From an uncultured Caulobacterales bacterium (lineage in GTDB: Bacteria; Pseudomonadota; Alphaproteobacteria; Caulobacterales; Parvularculaceae): a stretch of DNA of 64,000 nt. Of the stretch, positions 39,210-49,277 are shown piece by piece. Position 1 is the stretch's first letter, and each line of letters opens with the position of its first letter. The position numbers and the translations under genes are program-made. Location: positions 4,337-68,336 of the forward strand of contig CAZGXT010000001.1 in the NCBI GenBank assembly GCA_964529675.1, read 5' to 3'. Under the pieces are notes generated by a model. That model saw only the letters and a program-made list of their open reading frames with translations. It did not search any database and was not told the DNA's origin.

Positions 39210-40631
39210 ATGCGTTTTCTGATTGTCACGTTCGCCGTCTTGATCGCCACCGCCGCCGCCGCGCAGCCGACGCCGCAGCCCTTGCGTGCGCAGGCGCCCG
39301 AAATGAAAGGCGAGGCGATGAAGCCCGCGCCCCGGCGCGTGCCGGGCGACACAACGGAAGTAAAGCTTTCCTTCGCGCCGATCGTCGAACAGGCGGCGCC
39401 CGCCGTCGTCAACATTTACACGAGCCGCGTCGTCAGCCGGTCGACCGGCGATCCCTTCTTCGACCGGTTTTTCGGCGTCGGACCTCAGAAACAGAATTCC
39501 CTCGGCTCGGGCGTCATCACCAGCCGCGACGGCGTCATTGTCACCAACAATCACGTCATTGAAGGAATGACCGAAATTAAGGTCGTCCTCAGCGATCGGC
39601 GTGAATTTACGGCGAAGGTGCTGCTGACCGACCCACAGTCGGACCTCGCCGTCCTGCGCATCGCGGCGGGCGAACCGCTCCCCTATCTTGAATTCGCCAA
39701 TTCCGACGCGGCGGAGGTCGGCGACATCGTGCTGGCGATCGGCAATCCTTTCGGCGTCGGTCAGACGGTGACAAACGGGATCATCTCGGCGCTCGCCCGC
39801 ACCGCCGTGTCGATTTCCGACTATCAATTCTTCATCCAGACCGACGCCGCGATCAATCCGGGCAATTCCGGCGGCGCGCTTATCGACACAGAGGGCAAGC
39901 TGCTCGGCGTCAACACGGCGATCTACTCGCGATCGGGCGGGTCTAACGGCATCGGCTTCGCCATTCCGGCGCGCCTCGTCCAGCAGGTCATAGCCTCAGC
40001 AACGCGCGGCGGCGGGCTGGCCCGGCCGTGGATCGGCGCGACGACTGAGACCGTCACGGCCGATCTCGCCCGGGCGCTGAAGCTGGACAGGCCGATCGGC
40101 GCAATTGTCGGCGACGTTCATCCGGCCGGTCCGCTCGCCAAGGCAGGCCTGCGTCAGGGCGATGTGGTCGTCGAGATCGGCGGCCAGCCGGTTTTCGATG
40201 CCGAGACGCTGCGCTACCGGGTCGGCGTGCAAAACCCCGGCGAGAAGGCGCGGATCGTCTATCTTCGTAACGGCCAGCGTCTCTCCGGCGAAATGGAATT
40301 CGCGCTGCCGCCCGACACGCCGGCGAAAGATGAACGCACGCTCACCGGGCAGCATCCGTTTAACGGCGTCACGCTCGCCAATCTGTCGCCGCGGTTCGCC
40401 GAGGAGATCGGCGTCAACCCGCTTCTCGGCGGCGTTGTGGTCACGGATGTCGCACAGGGTTCCTACGCCTGGCGCTCGCGTCTTCGCCGCAGCTTCCGCA
40501 TTCTGTCAGTCAACCGGGTGCGGGTCTCAACAGTCGCCGAGGTTCAGCGCGAAATCGCCAAGCCGGCGACGGCGTGGGAAATCGAAGTCGATCGCGGCGA
40601 CCGCACGGTCGTCTGGCGGATCGGGCGCTAG
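39210..40631 (+). CDS. DegP/HtrA (Do family) periplasmic serine protease with PDZ domains
   Basis: Signal peptide, TNNHV, SDLAV, QTDAAINPGNSGGAL, GIGFAIP. Confidence 0.94.
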   Translation: MRFLIVTFAVLIATAAAAQPTPQPLRAQAPEMKGEAMKPAPRRVPGDTTEVKLSFAPIVEQAAPAVVNIYTSRVVSRSTGDPFFDRFFGVGPQKQNSLGSGVITSRDGVIVTNNHVIEGMTEIKVVLSDRREFTAKVLLTDPQSDLAVLRIAAGEPLPYLEFANSDAAEVGDIVLAIGNPFGVGQTVTNGIISALARTAVSISDYQFFIQTDAAINPGNSGGALIDTEGKLLGVNTAIYSRSGGSNGIGFAIPARLVQQVIASATRGGGLARPWIGATTETVTADLARALKLDRPIGAIVGDVHPAGPLAKAGLRQGDVVVEIGGQPVFDAETLRYRVGVQNPGEKARIVYLRNGQRLSGEMEFALPPDTPAKDERTLTGQHPFNGVTLANLSPRFAEEIGVNPLLGGVVVTDVAQGSYAWRSRLRRSFRILSVNRVRVSTVAEVQREIAKPATAWEIEVDRGDRTVVWRIGR

Positions 40632-40639
40632 TCCTTTCA

Positions 40640-41944
40640 ATGTCAGACCTGTTCGCGGCGGCGGGGTTTGCGAGCGAAGCGCCCCGGCCGCTGGCGGACA
40701 GGCTGCGGCCTAAATCCCTCGCTGACGTCGCAGGACAGGATCATCTCCTCGCGCCCGGCGCGCCGCTGCGGCGCATGCTCGATCGCAAGCGATTTTCCTC
40801 CGTCATCCTGTGGGGGCCGCCGGGCGTCGGCAAGACGACGATCGCACGGCTGATCGCGCAGGAGTCTGGTCTCGGTTTCGAACAGGTTTCCGCGGTTTTT
40901 TCGGGCGTCGCCGATCTTCGCAAGGTCTTCGACAGGGCGAACGAGCGCCGGCGCATCGGCAAGGGAACGCTCCTGTTCGTCGACGAGATACACCGGTTCA
41001 ACCGCGCCCAGCAGGACGGGTTCCTGCCGCATGTTGAATCAGGCCTCATCACCCTTGTCGGTGCGACGACGGAGAATCCCTCCTTCGAGCTAAACCCTGC
41101 GCTTCTCTCTCGGGCGCAGGTTCTGACGCTCAACAGGCTCGACGCGTCAGCCCTAGAGACCCTGCTTAAACGCGCCGAAGCGCATATCGGGCGCGCGCTG
41201 CCGTTGTCTCGCGAGGCGCGCGACGCGATCATCGCGATGGCGGACGGCGACGGCCGCTTCCTCATCACGCTTGCCGAAGAGCTATTCGGGGAGGCGCCGG
41301 AACCAGTCCTTGATGTCGATGCGCTCGCGCGGCTCGTCCAGCGCCGCGCGCCGGTTCATGACAAGGCGCAGGAGAGCCATTACAACCTTGCAAGCGCGCT
41401 CCAGAAGTCCATCCGCGGCTCGGATGTCGATGCGGCTCTCTATTGGGCGGCGCGGATGATCGTCGGCGGCGAGGATCCGCGTTTCTTGTTCCGAAGGCTG
41501 ATCGTCATCGCGTCGGAAGACGTCGGCAACGCCGATCCGCATGCGCTGCCGCTCGCCGTCAGCGCGGCTGAAGCCTTTGAAAGGCTCGGCCAGCCGGAAG
41601 GCGAGATCGCGATCGGTCAGTTAGTCGCCTATCTCGCGACGGCGCCGAAATCGAACCGGGCCCATGTCGCCTTCAAGGACGCCAAGGCCGCAGCGCGCGA
41701 CAGCGGCTCCCTCCCGCCGCCGATGCACGCGATGAACGCGCCGACCGAACTGATGAAGTCGCTGGGCTATTCTAAGGGATACGCCTATGACCATGACGAG
41801 GAGGACGCTTTTGCGGGCCTCGACTATTTTCCGCCCGGCATGGCCAGGCGGCGTTTTTACAACCCGCGCGAAACGGGCTTTGAGCGCGACATCCGCAACC
41901 GGCTCACCTTCTGGGACAGCCGGCGAAAGCCGCGTGGGGAGTGA
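40640..41944 (+). CDS. rarA: Replication-associated recombination protein A (MgsA/RarA AAA+)
   Basis: PLADRLRP, WGPPGVGKTT, DEIHRFN, GATTENPSF, KSIRGSD, SEDVGNADP, PKSN. Confidence 0.95.
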   Translation: MSDLFAAAGFASEAPRPLADRLRPKSLADVAGQDHLLAPGAPLRRMLDRKRFSSVILWGPPGVGKTTIARLIAQESGLGFEQVSAVFSGVADLRKVFDRANERRRIGKGTLLFVDEIHRFNRAQQDGFLPHVESGLITLVGATTENPSFELNPALLSRAQVLTLNRLDASALETLLKRAEAHIGRALPLSREARDAIIAMADGDGRFLITLAEELFGEAPEPVLDVDALARLVQRRAPVHDKAQESHYNLASALQKSIRGSDVDAALYWAARMIVGGEDPRFLFRRLIVIASEDVGNADPHALPLAVSAAEAFERLGQPEGEIAIGQLVAYLATAPKSNRAHVAFKDAKAAARDSGSLPPPMHAMNAPTELMKSLGYSKGYAYDHDEEDAFAGLDYFPPGMARRRFYNPRETGFERDIRNRLTFWDSRRKPRGE

Positions 41945-42714
41945 TGATCGGCGAAACGATCATCGCCAACAAGACTGCGATTGGGGCGGCGGCGTTCCTC
42001 ATCCTCTTCGTGCTCGAGCGCGTCTTCGCCGCTGACGCGGTGCGCGGCGGGTTCAAGCGGCTTCGGCGCAATGGCGTCTTGTGGCTGTCTTTGATGATCC
42101 TGTCGCCGCTGATCGTCCTGCCGCTCGCGAATGTCGCCGCCGCCCATCCGCTCTGGACGCGGCCAGCCGCCTTGCCGCCGGCGGCGATGCTCGCCGCCGA
42201 CATCCTGCTGCTAGATTTCTGGGCCTATTGGGTTCACCGCGCCTATCACGAAATTCCGTTAATGCGGCGCTTTCACCGCGTGCATCATCTCGACCAGCAT
42301 CTCGATACGACGTCGGCGGTGAGGTTTCATCCGGGCGAAGTGGCGATCTCTGCTTGCCTGCGGGTTCCCCCGATCATCATCCTCGCCATTCCCTTTGAGC
42401 ATGTGGTGATCTTCGAGACCGCGCTCTTGATCTGTTCGCTCTTTCATCATTCGAATCTGCGGCTGCCGCGGGGGTTTGAGGCGGCGCTTGCGCGGGTGAT
42501 CGTGACGCCGTCGATTCACTGGATTCATCATCACGCCGTCAGGGCGGACACCAACGCCAATTACTCGGCGATCTTCAGTCTGTGGGACCGGATCTTCGGC
42601 ACGCGGAGCGGCGCGCAGCGCCGGCCCGGCATGCGGATCGGCCTCGAAGGCGTTGCGGACAAATCGGCGGTCGAGCTAATGCTGCTGCCGTTTCGGAAGA
42701 ATCCGGCAGAATGA
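41941..42714 (+). CDS. Sterol desaturase / fatty acid hydroxylase family membrane protein
   Basis: His boxes HRAYH, HRVHH, FHHSN, HWIHHH; NY...S.WDRIFGT. Confidence 0.88.
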   Translation: MMIGETIIANKTAIGAAAFLILFVLERVFAADAVRGGFKRLRRNGVLWLSLMILSPLIVLPLANVAAAHPLWTRPAALPPAAMLAADILLLDFWAYWVHRAYHEIPLMRRFHRVHHLDQHLDTTSAVRFHPGEVAISACLRVPPIIILAIPFEHVVIFETALLICSLFHHSNLRLPRGFEAALARVIVTPSIHWIHHHAVRADTNANYSAIFSLWDRIFGTRSGAQRRPGMRIGLEGVADKSAVELMLLPFRKNPAE

Positions 42715-43097
42715 GCGGCGCGCAGCTTTGGATCGCGGTCGGTGTGGGCGGCGCGCTCGGCGCGCTGGCGCGCCATGGCGTCGGGCTTGTCGCGCTGCGC
42801 GCGCTCGGGCCGAATTTCCCGTGGGGGACGCTGACAGTGAATGTCGCCGGGGGCTTCGCGATGGGCCTTTTCATCGCCTGGGCGGCGGCGCGCGAGCCGC
42901 AGTCGGCCCTTTTGCGAAGTTTCATCGCCGCGGGCCTCCTAGGGGGATTCACGACCTTCTCGACGTTTGCGCTTGACGCGGTGATGCTATGGCGCGACCG
43001 CTCGGCCGGGGCGGCGGCGCTTTATGTCGCCGCCTCAGTCGCCTTGTCGATCGGCGCCCTGTTGGCGGGCATGGCCGCCGGAAAGAGCTTTTCATGA
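42711..43097 (+). CDS. crcB: Fluoride channel CrcB/FluC
   Basis: GGALGALAR, FPWGTLTVN, GLLGGFTTFSTF. Confidence 0.95.
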   Translation: MSGAQLWIAVGVGGALGALARHGVGLVALRALGPNFPWGTLTVNVAGGFAMGLFIAWAAAREPQSALLRSFIAAGLLGGFTTFSTFALDAVMLWRDRSAGAAALYVAASVALSIGALLAGMAAGKSFS

Positions 43098-44089
43098 CCG
43101 GCGTTCAAACCGTCACTGTCGCGGAGAAAGACGACGGCCTTCGGCTCGATCGCTGGTTCAAGGCTCACTTTCCGGGCCTCAGCCATGTCCGGCTCGAAAA
43201 GCTCTTGCGCACTGGTCAGGTCCGCGTGAACGGCGGCCGGGTGAAGGCGAGCCGGCGGATCGAGGCCGGCGAGACCATCCGTATACCGCCAATTGAAGCC
43301 GCGCCCGCCCCGACAGCCGCCGCTCCGCCCCCGCGCAAGGACGCCGCCGCCTTCCTGCGAAAGATTACTCTGTTCGAGGACGAGCATCTTCTCGCGCTCA
43401 ACAAGCCGTTCGGCCTCGCCGTGCAGGGGGGCACGAAGACGAGAGAGCATGTCGACGGAATGCTCGCCGCGCTTGAAAAGAACGGCGAGCGCCCGCGCCT
43501 CGTTCACCGCCTCGATGCGGACACCGGCGGCCTCCTCATCATCGCCAAGACGCGGCGCGCGGCGGCGGCGCTCTCGAAGTCGTTCCAGGGTCGGGGCGTT
43601 GAGAAGACCTACTGGGCGCTGTGCGCCGGCGCGCCGGAACACCGCGAAGGCTCCATCAACCTGCCGATCGCCAAGAAAATGGTGTGGACCCGCGACGGCC
43701 AGCGCGAGCAAATGGCGCCGGCGGAGGATGAAGAGGCGAAGAACGCCCTCACCGACTATATGACGCTCGACGGCGCCGGGCCGGTCAGCTTTCTCGCCCT
43801 GAAGCCCGTCACAGGCCGCACGCATCAGCTGCGTGTCCACTGCGCCGCGATCGGCGCGCCGATTGTCGGCGACCGCAAATATGGCGGCCCGCGCGCCCGC
43901 GTTGAGGGGGTGGGCGAGGGGCTTCACCTTTTCTGCCGATCGATGACCTTTCCGCACCCCGAAACCGGACGGTCGATGACGCTGACGGCGTCGTTAACCG
44001 GCGCGATGCGCACGAGCTTTGCGCTCTTCGACTTCGACGCCGACGCCAAGGTCGTTTGGCCGTCGATGCCCTGGAAGAAAAAGAAGTGA
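43094..44089 (+). CDS. RluA/RluC family 23S rRNA pseudouridine synthase
   Basis: S4-like RLDRWF, NKPFGLAVQGG, catalytic HRLD, TGRTHQLRVH. Confidence 0.93.
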   Translation: MTGVQTVTVAEKDDGLRLDRWFKAHFPGLSHVRLEKLLRTGQVRVNGGRVKASRRIEAGETIRIPPIEAAPAPTAAAPPPRKDAAAFLRKITLFEDEHLLALNKPFGLAVQGGTKTREHVDGMLAALEKNGERPRLVHRLDADTGGLLIIAKTRRAAAALSKSFQGRGVEKTYWALCAGAPEHREGSINLPIAKKMVWTRDGQREQMAPAEDEEAKNALTDYMTLDGAGPVSFLALKPVTGRTHQLRVHCAAIGAPIVGDRKYGGPRARVEGVGEGLHLFCRSMTFPHPETGRSMTLTASLTGAMRTSFALFDFDADAKVVWPSMPWKKKK

Positions 44090-44811
44090 CGAAGCACGGC
44101 GGCGGTCCGGCCGCGCTTCCAAAGCGGTTCTACAAGCTCGCCTCAACAGGCGAAGGAGGCGTCGTTCTGCTTGATGGGAAGCCGGCCAGGACCACAGCGC
44201 GCCAACCGTTTTGCGCGGGCCCTCCTGCGCTCGCCGGAGCAATCGTCGAAGAATGGAACGCGCAACGAGACGTCATCGACTTTGCAGCGATGCCGATGAC
44301 GCGGTTCCAGATGACGGTCATCGATCGCGGCGGAGCGGACGCCGAACAATGGCGCAACGCCATCCTCGCTTTCCTGCGCACCGATCTCTTGTGCTACCGC
44401 GCGGCGGCGCCGGCCGAACTTGCAGCGCGTCAGAGGGCGCAGTGGGACCCGTTGCTCGCCTGGGCGGCGTCTGAAGGCGTCGCCCTCGATGCCGCCTCTG
44501 GCGTCGGGTACATCGATCAGCCGGCGCAGGCTCTCGAACGCGGGGCCGCCATGATTGCGGCCGCGGACGCGGCGCAGCTGCTCGCGATGAAGACGGCGGC
44601 GGAGATCGCCGGCTCCGCGGTCATTGCGCTCGCCATGGCGCGCGGCGCCTTTGGTTCCGAGGCGCTTTTCGAAGCCTCGCGGGTCGACGAGGCGTTTCAG
44701 GCTGAGAAATGGGGGTCGGACGCGGAAGCGGAAGCCCGAACCCGGCTGTTGAAACGCGATTTTCTCGACGCTGCGCGCTATTCGACGCTGTCGGCGTCGA
44801 TTGCGGGCTGA
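44086..44811 (+). CDS. ATP12 family chaperone
   Basis: PKRFYK, LDGKPART, EEW.AQ...I....MPMT, TDLLCYRA, DE.FQ.EKWG.D.EA; GTG overlaps the upstream stop. Confidence 0.9.
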   Translation: MTKHGGGPAALPKRFYKLASTGEGGVVLLDGKPARTTARQPFCAGPPALAGAIVEEWNAQRDVIDFAAMPMTRFQMTVIDRGGADAEQWRNAILAFLRTDLLCYRAAAPAELAARQRAQWDPLLAWAASEGVALDAASGVGYIDQPAQALERGAAMIAAADAAQLLAMKTAAEIAGSAVIALAMARGAFGSEALFEASRVDEAFQAEKWGSDAEAEARTRLLKRDFLDAARYSTLSASIAG

Positions 44812-45506
44812 TCCGCGATCGATTCCCCGCGATTGGCGACGCGGAAATTGAGAAGTTCATCGCCCGTCAGCACGCCGTCGCCGCTCCTGTCGAGCGCATC
44901 GAAATCGACGAGCACTTCGCGAATATAATCCTTTCGACTTACGGTTGCGGCGCCGCCGGCCATAAATGCGAATTTTGAGCGCGCCTGCTGTTCATGTTCG
45001 GCTTTGGCGGCGGCCTCGTCGGCGTGCGGGGTCGGATCGACAAAGCGGCCGCGACCCGATCCCCGGACTGTGGCGTCCTGCCAGCCGTTCACCAGAAAGA
45101 CGAATTCGCTTTGGTCCATCTTGTCGTCGCGATTAAGGTCCGCAATGACGAAGTCGAGCTTTGCTTCCTCGAAGGCTTCCTTCCGCGTCAGCGCATCGCT
45201 CGCGAATTCCGCCTTCAGCCTTTCAAGCGGCGACATCGCCGCCTCCGTTCCGCGCAAGGGATCATCCGGCGAATAAGTGATGGTCTCGGTCCGCGTCTCG
45301 ACGACCGCTCCATCGATTGTGCGGGTCAGCGTCACGCCCTGCCTGATCTGCTGCTGCGAATTCAGAAGATCGGCCATCTCATCTTCATTCACCGGCGCCG
45401 CCGCGGCTTCCTCCGCCGGCGCGGACGGCTCGGCGGGCGCGGCTTCTTGCGCGGACGCGGTTGCGACAATCGAAGAAGCGAGAATGAAAACGGTGAGAAG
45501 ACGCAT
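44778..45506 (-). CDS. Exported EF-hand protein of unknown function
   Basis: Signal peptide MRLLTVFILASSIVATASA; loops DLNRDDKMDQSE and DRSGDGVLTGDE. Confidence 0.7.
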   Translation of the reverse strand: MRLLTVFILASSIVATASAQEAAPAEPSAPAEEAAAAPVNEDEMADLLNSQQQIRQGVTLTRTIDGAVVETRTETITYSPDDPLRGTEAAMSPLERLKAEFASDALTRKEAFEEAKLDFVIADLNRDDKMDQSEFVFLVNGWQDATVRGSGRGRFVDPTPHADEAAAKAEHEQQARSKFAFMAGGAATVSRKDYIREVLVDFDALDRSGDGVLTGDELLNFRVANRGESIADQPAIDADSVE

Positions 45507-45590
45507 GGATCCGCCTCGGCGTTGAATTAAACGCATCCCCTATAAAGGGGGCCGCGCCCGGTGTCTGCAATGCTTCTCGTTACCGAAAGT

Positions 45591-46622
45591 TCAGACTGCG
45601 CCTACTTTCACGAGCGAGCGCGCCGTTGCGGCCAGCCCTTCTTTGGCCGGGCGGGCCGCGACGCCGGACAGGGCCTCGACATAGTGCGCCTGCGGATCGG
45701 GACGCGAACCGAGGTCCGGAATGACCGCCGCAAGATTGCGGTCGGCCATGGCGGCCAGTTTGACGACGAGCGAGGGCAGTGTCGCGGTCGGGGCCTTGGC
45801 GGCGTGTTCAGGCGCGATCTTTCTGAGCGCGGCGCCCATTTCCGCCATTCCCATGACGCCGCCGACCGCCATCAGGCGCCGGCCGCCGGTCTCTCGCCGC
45901 CGGATCGCCGCGACGTGAAGGTCCGCCACATCGCGCACATCGACGATGGGAAAAGCGGCGGGCGGCATCGCCGGATAGGCGCCGGTCATCATCATACGGA
46001 CGAGTTCGATGGAGGCGCCGAAATCCCTGTCGAGCGCCGGCCCGACGACAAGGCCGGGATGAATGGTCGTAAACCGGTCCCGCGCGCCGTGTTCCCTCAC
46101 CAGCGCCCACGCCGCCCGTTCGGCCTCGGTTTTTGACACGACATAGGCGGAGAGCGCGTTCCAGCCTGTGTCGGTCCAGTCGTTCTCCTCGACCGGAAAG
46201 ACCGCCGGTCGGCCCGGACGGTACATCATCGTCACCATCGACGCGGTCATGACGATCCGCGGAACGCCGGCGTCGAGCGCGGCGTTGATGACACGCAAGG
46301 CGCCCCCCTTGGCGGCCGGCGTCAGCGCGTCGCGGTCGCGCGGCTGCGCCATCGGAAAAGGCGAGGCGACGTGCAGCGCCGCGTCGGCGCCCATCGCCGC
46401 CTCGCGCCAGCCCGCGTCCGCCGTGAGGTCTGCTGAAATGAAGGAAAGTCTCGCCGGATCGGCGGCGGCGGGATCATGGGCGGCCAGCCCCTTGCGCACG
46501 CTGTCGGCCTTGTCGAGCGACCGGACGGTGCCCTTCACCGACATCCCTTCGCGCAGGCAGGCGAGAGCGATGTGACGGGCGATAAAGCCCGAAACGCCGG
46601 TGATGAGGATTGTTTCGCTCAT
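45591..46622 (-). CDS. NAD-dependent epimerase/dehydratase (aldehyde reductase/DFR-like extended SDR)
   Basis: [22 protein letters not shown] (YxxxK), VDVRDVA. Confidence 0.88.
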   Translation of the reverse strand: MSETILITGVSGFIARHIALACLREGMSVKGTVRSLDKADSVRKGLAAHDPAAADPARLSFISADLTADAGWREAAMGADAALHVASPFPMAQPRDRDALTPAAKGGALRVINAALDAGVPRIVMTASMVTMMYRPGRPAVFPVEENDWTDTGWNALSAYVVSKTEAERAAWALVREHGARDRFTTIHPGLVVGPALDRDFGASIELVRMMMTGAYPAMPPAAFPIVDVRDVADLHVAAIRRRETGGRRLMAVGGVMGMAEMGAALRKIAPEHAAKAPTATLPSLVVKLAAMADRNLAAVIPDLGSRPDPQAHYVEALSGVAARPAKEGLAATARSLVKVGAV

Positions 46623-47344
46623 GGGATATCCTTTTGTTCGCCGGCGGGAGGCGGCGCATTCATGGTCGGGCCGAACACACGATGGAACGACTCGCGCAAC
46701 GCCGCATCTGCATCGGCGAGCGTCACCGGAAGGCCGAGATCGACAAGGCTTGTGACGCCATAGCCGGGCGCTGTGACCCCGCATGGAACAATGCCGCCGA
46801 AATGCGAAAGATCGGGTTCGACATTGAGCGCAATGCCATGAAAGCTGACCCAGTGACGCAAGCGCACGCCGATCGCTGCAATCTTGTCTTCGCGGCGCGG
46901 CTCGCCCGGCGCCGTGCGATCGACCCAGACGCCGACGCGATCCTCCCGCCGTTCTCCGCGCACGTTGAACGCCGCGAGCGCGCTTATGATCCAGTCCTCG
47001 AGCGCAGCGACGAAGCCGCGGACATCACGTCGGCGCGTTGAGAGGTTCAGCATCGCATAGGCGACCCGCTGCCCCGGACCATGATAGGTGTACTGACCGC
47101 CCCTTGGCGATCGGAACACCGGAAAGCGCGGGTCGCGGAGATCGGCGTCTTTCGCGCTCGTTCCCGCGGAGTAGAGCGGGGGATGCTCAAGCAACCAGAC
47201 CATTTCAGGCGCGCCGTCGCGGATTTCCGCCGCGAGACGCTCCATGGCGCCGGCGGCGAAGGGGTAGGGAACAAGCCCGTCCGAAACCGCCCAACGCACG
47301 GGCCGGTCGGAAAGAAAGGCATCGCTTAACGCGGTTCTAACCAA
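46619..47344 (-). CDS. lipB: Lipoyl(octanoyl) transferase (start uncertain; TTG 47344 or GTG 47299)
   Basis: [42 protein letters not shown]. Confidence 0.94.
   Translation of the reverse strand: MVRTALSDAFLSDRPVRWAVSDGLVPYPFAAGAMERLAAEIRDGAPEMVWLLEHPPLYSAGTSAKDADLRDPRFPVFRSPRGGQYTYHGPGQRVAYAMLNLSTRRRDVRGFVAALEDWIISALAAFNVRGERREDRVGVWVDRTAPGEPRREDKIAAIGVRLRHWVSFHGIALNVEPDLSHFGGIVPCGVTAPGYGVTSLVDLGLPVTLADADAALRESFHRVFGPTMNAPPPAGEQKDIP
47326..47341 (+). promoter_or_regulatory. Putative CtrA box upstream of the FliN-like gene
   Basis: TTAA-cgcggtt-CTAAC, one mismatch to TTAA-N7-TTAAC. Confidence 0.6.
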
Positions 47345-47390
47345 AGGAGTTGATGCTCGCGGGGTTGCGTAATCGGGGTTCCTAGCGCCC

Positions 47391-47612
47391 ATGCCCGCTC
47401 TCGAACAGGCCGACATCGAACTGACTGTCGAGGTCGGTACGACCGCCTTGGCGCTGTCGAAGATCATGTCGCTGGCGCGCGGCGACCTCCTCAGCCTCGG
47501 ACGCAGCGCTTCAGGCCCGGTTTCAATTCAGGCGAACGGCATGGAGATCGCCAAGGCGGCGGTGACGCTGATGGGCGACCGTGTCGGCGTCATGCTCGCC
47601 GGGAAAGCCTGA
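47391..47612 (+). CDS. Small stand-alone FliM/FliN C-terminal (SpoA) domain protein
   Basis: [20 protein letters not shown]...PV.I.ANG..IA...V.....RVGV pattern. Confidence 0.78.
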   Translation: MPALEQADIELTVEVGTTALALSKIMSLARGDLLSLGRSASGPVSIQANGMEIAKAAVTLMGDRVGVMLAGKA

Positions 47613-47695
47613 GAATCAACAAAAGGCGGACTTGAGGAGGCGGGGGGCTTTTGCTATTGGCCGCGCCTGCTTCGAAATCCACTGAAGCAATCAAT

Positions 47696-47780
47696 GCGGC
47701 CATGGCGGAATTGGTAGACGCACTAGCTTGAGGTGCTAGCGAGTAACATCGTGGAGGTTCGAGTCCTCTTGGCCGCACCA
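47696..47780 (+). tRNA. tRNA-Leu(GAG)
   Basis: GCGGCCA acceptor stem, anticodon arm CTAGC-TTGAGGT-GCTAG, long variable arm, GGTTCGAGTCC T-loop, encoded CCA; 85 nt. Confidence 0.96.
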
Positions 47781-47961
47781 TCAAACAGCGTGTCCGTCGC
47801 CTGTTTGATCCTCAATCACCGTTAGGTCGACCTGACCCGGGCGCCGTCGGGGGCTTGGGCATTCGGCGTTTCGCTTGCCCGGCCTGCGCGCGACCCGGCT
47901 GCCGCGCAGTGTTTCCTTTGGTTGAGCTGGCCGCGTCAAACGGCGCCCTGCCCGCATCAAA

Positions 47962-47984
47962 ATGCGAATAAGTTGCATTCGCAT
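47962..47984. promoter_or_regulatory. Palindromic operator, Fur-box-like
   Basis: ATGCGAAT-aagttgc-ATTCGCAT with perfect 8-bp arms, in an AT-rich patch upstream of a hypothetical gene. Confidence 0.55.
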
Positions 47985-48029
47985 CAAGAGAAGCGTATTC
48001 TTGGGGCTGTCGAGGAGTCGGGTGCGCCT

Positions 48030-48515
48030 GTGACCTTTGTCAGTTTCCCGTCAACCAACAATCTCAGCGAAGGGGAGCAGCTTGCGCTAAACGCTTTTCG
48101 CTGCATGGCGATCGGCTGCGATGAGAGCGACCTGGTCGCAGCATTCGATGCGCGCTTCGGGGTCGCCGGCCGGTTGGCGCTCGGGGCGCTTTTCCTGCTC
48201 GTTCGCGAGATGGGCGCCGTCGGAGGACGGCAATTCGCGGTCGCGGCGCCCGGGAGCTGTCGCCTGACTGCGGACGAAGCTGGCGCCCTTGCGCTGCTCT
48301 CTGCGGGGCAGCAACGGGACGAATGTCGTCTGGATGCGGCCATAGCCGCGTTGTTCGCCGGACGGGACTGGGCGTCAGCGCGAGCGGCGGCGGTCGCACT
48401 TGGCGGTCTCTTCAAGGCGGCCGGTCTGACGCTTCGGGTCTCCTCGCCAGAGCCTTTTGCGCCTGTTCGTGCGCCAGAGCCTGTTCAGGCCGTGGCGATC
48501 GGCGCAGCCCGCTAA
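48030..48515 (+). CDS. Hypothetical helical protein with PGSCRLTADE motif
   Basis: GTG 48030 after GAGGAG; protein-like composition; fills the gap between tRNA-Leu and the next ORF. Confidence 0.6.
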   Translation: MTFVSFPSTNNLSEGEQLALNAFRCMAIGCDESDLVAAFDARFGVAGRLALGALFLLVREMGAVGGRQFAVAAPGSCRLTADEAGALALLSAGQQRDECRLDAAIAALFAGRDWASARAAAVALGGLFKAAGLTLRVSSPEPFAPVRAPEPVQAVAIGAAR

Positions 48516-48569
48516 GCGTTCATCAGGCCACGGATGAACAGGCGAGCCTTGGTTAACGGGGCATGAGCG

Positions 48570-48899
48570 TTGCGCCTCAAACAGCCGGTGAACCGTCTGC
48601 CAAACCTCCTTGTCGCGTTTTCGGCCGCTGCCTCCGCTGCGCGCGCCGAGACCGTCGTCCTGCGCCCTGATCCGTGCCCGGCCGCAGCGGAGCAGCCGCT
48701 GATCATTGATCTCGGCGATGTGGAGGTTTTCAATGAACGGCCGGAGGCCTCTCTCGGCCGCGTTTTCGTGATTTATCCGCCGGCGCGCGAGGGCTGGGCG
48801 AGCGCCCGCATCCTGATGCGGTTCGACCTTGAGACGGCGCCAGCTCCCACAACAGCGCTCGACTGTCCCGGGCCACGGCTTTTTCAGCTTCCTCGGTGA
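48570..48899 (+). CDS. Hypothetical small exported protein
   Basis: Signal-like LLVAFSAAASAARA; two Cys (PCP, DCP); start uncertain. Confidence 0.45.
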   Translation: MRLKQPVNRLPNLLVAFSAAASAARAETVVLRPDPCPAAAEQPLIIDLGDVEVFNERPEASLGRVFVIYPPAREGWASARILMRFDLETAPAPTTALDCPGPRLFQLPR

Positions 48900-48959
48900 A
48901 GGCTCTTGCACCTTGGCCTTAAGGCCCCAGATTCTCCGGGGACAAAGGAGAACGGCGCA

Positions 48960-49277
48960 ATGATCGTCACCACTACAGCGCTGGTCGAGGGGCGGCCCGT
49001 GAAGGAATATCTCGGCGTCGTCACCGGTGAAGCCGTGATCGGCGCCAATGTGTTCCGTGATCTTTTCGCCGGTATTCGCGACGTCATCGGCGGCCGGTCA
49101 GGGAGCTATGAGCATGTTTTCCGCGAAGCGCGGGAGACCGCGCTGCGCGAAATGGAGCGAGAGGCCGAGCGGCTCGGCGCTAACGCGGTGATCGGCGTCG
49201 ATATCGACTACGAAGCCGGCGTCAGCCAGGGCACGATGATGATGGTCGCATGCTCCGGCACCGCTGTCAGGATCTAG
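48960..49277 (+). CDS. YbjQ / UPF0145 family protein
   Basis: MIVTTT..VEGRPV.EYLGVV.GE...[27 protein letters not shown]. Confidence 0.93.
   Translation: MIVTTTALVEGRPVKEYLGVVTGEAVIGANVFRDLFAGIRDVIGGRSGSYEHVFREARETALREMEREAERLGANAVIGVDIDYEAGVSQGTMMMVACSGTAVRI

Noticed and set aside
48445-48485. Short direct repeat CGCCAGAGCCT
   Set aside because: Only two copies, encoding a PEP low-complexity tail; not a CRISPR or mobile-element repeat.
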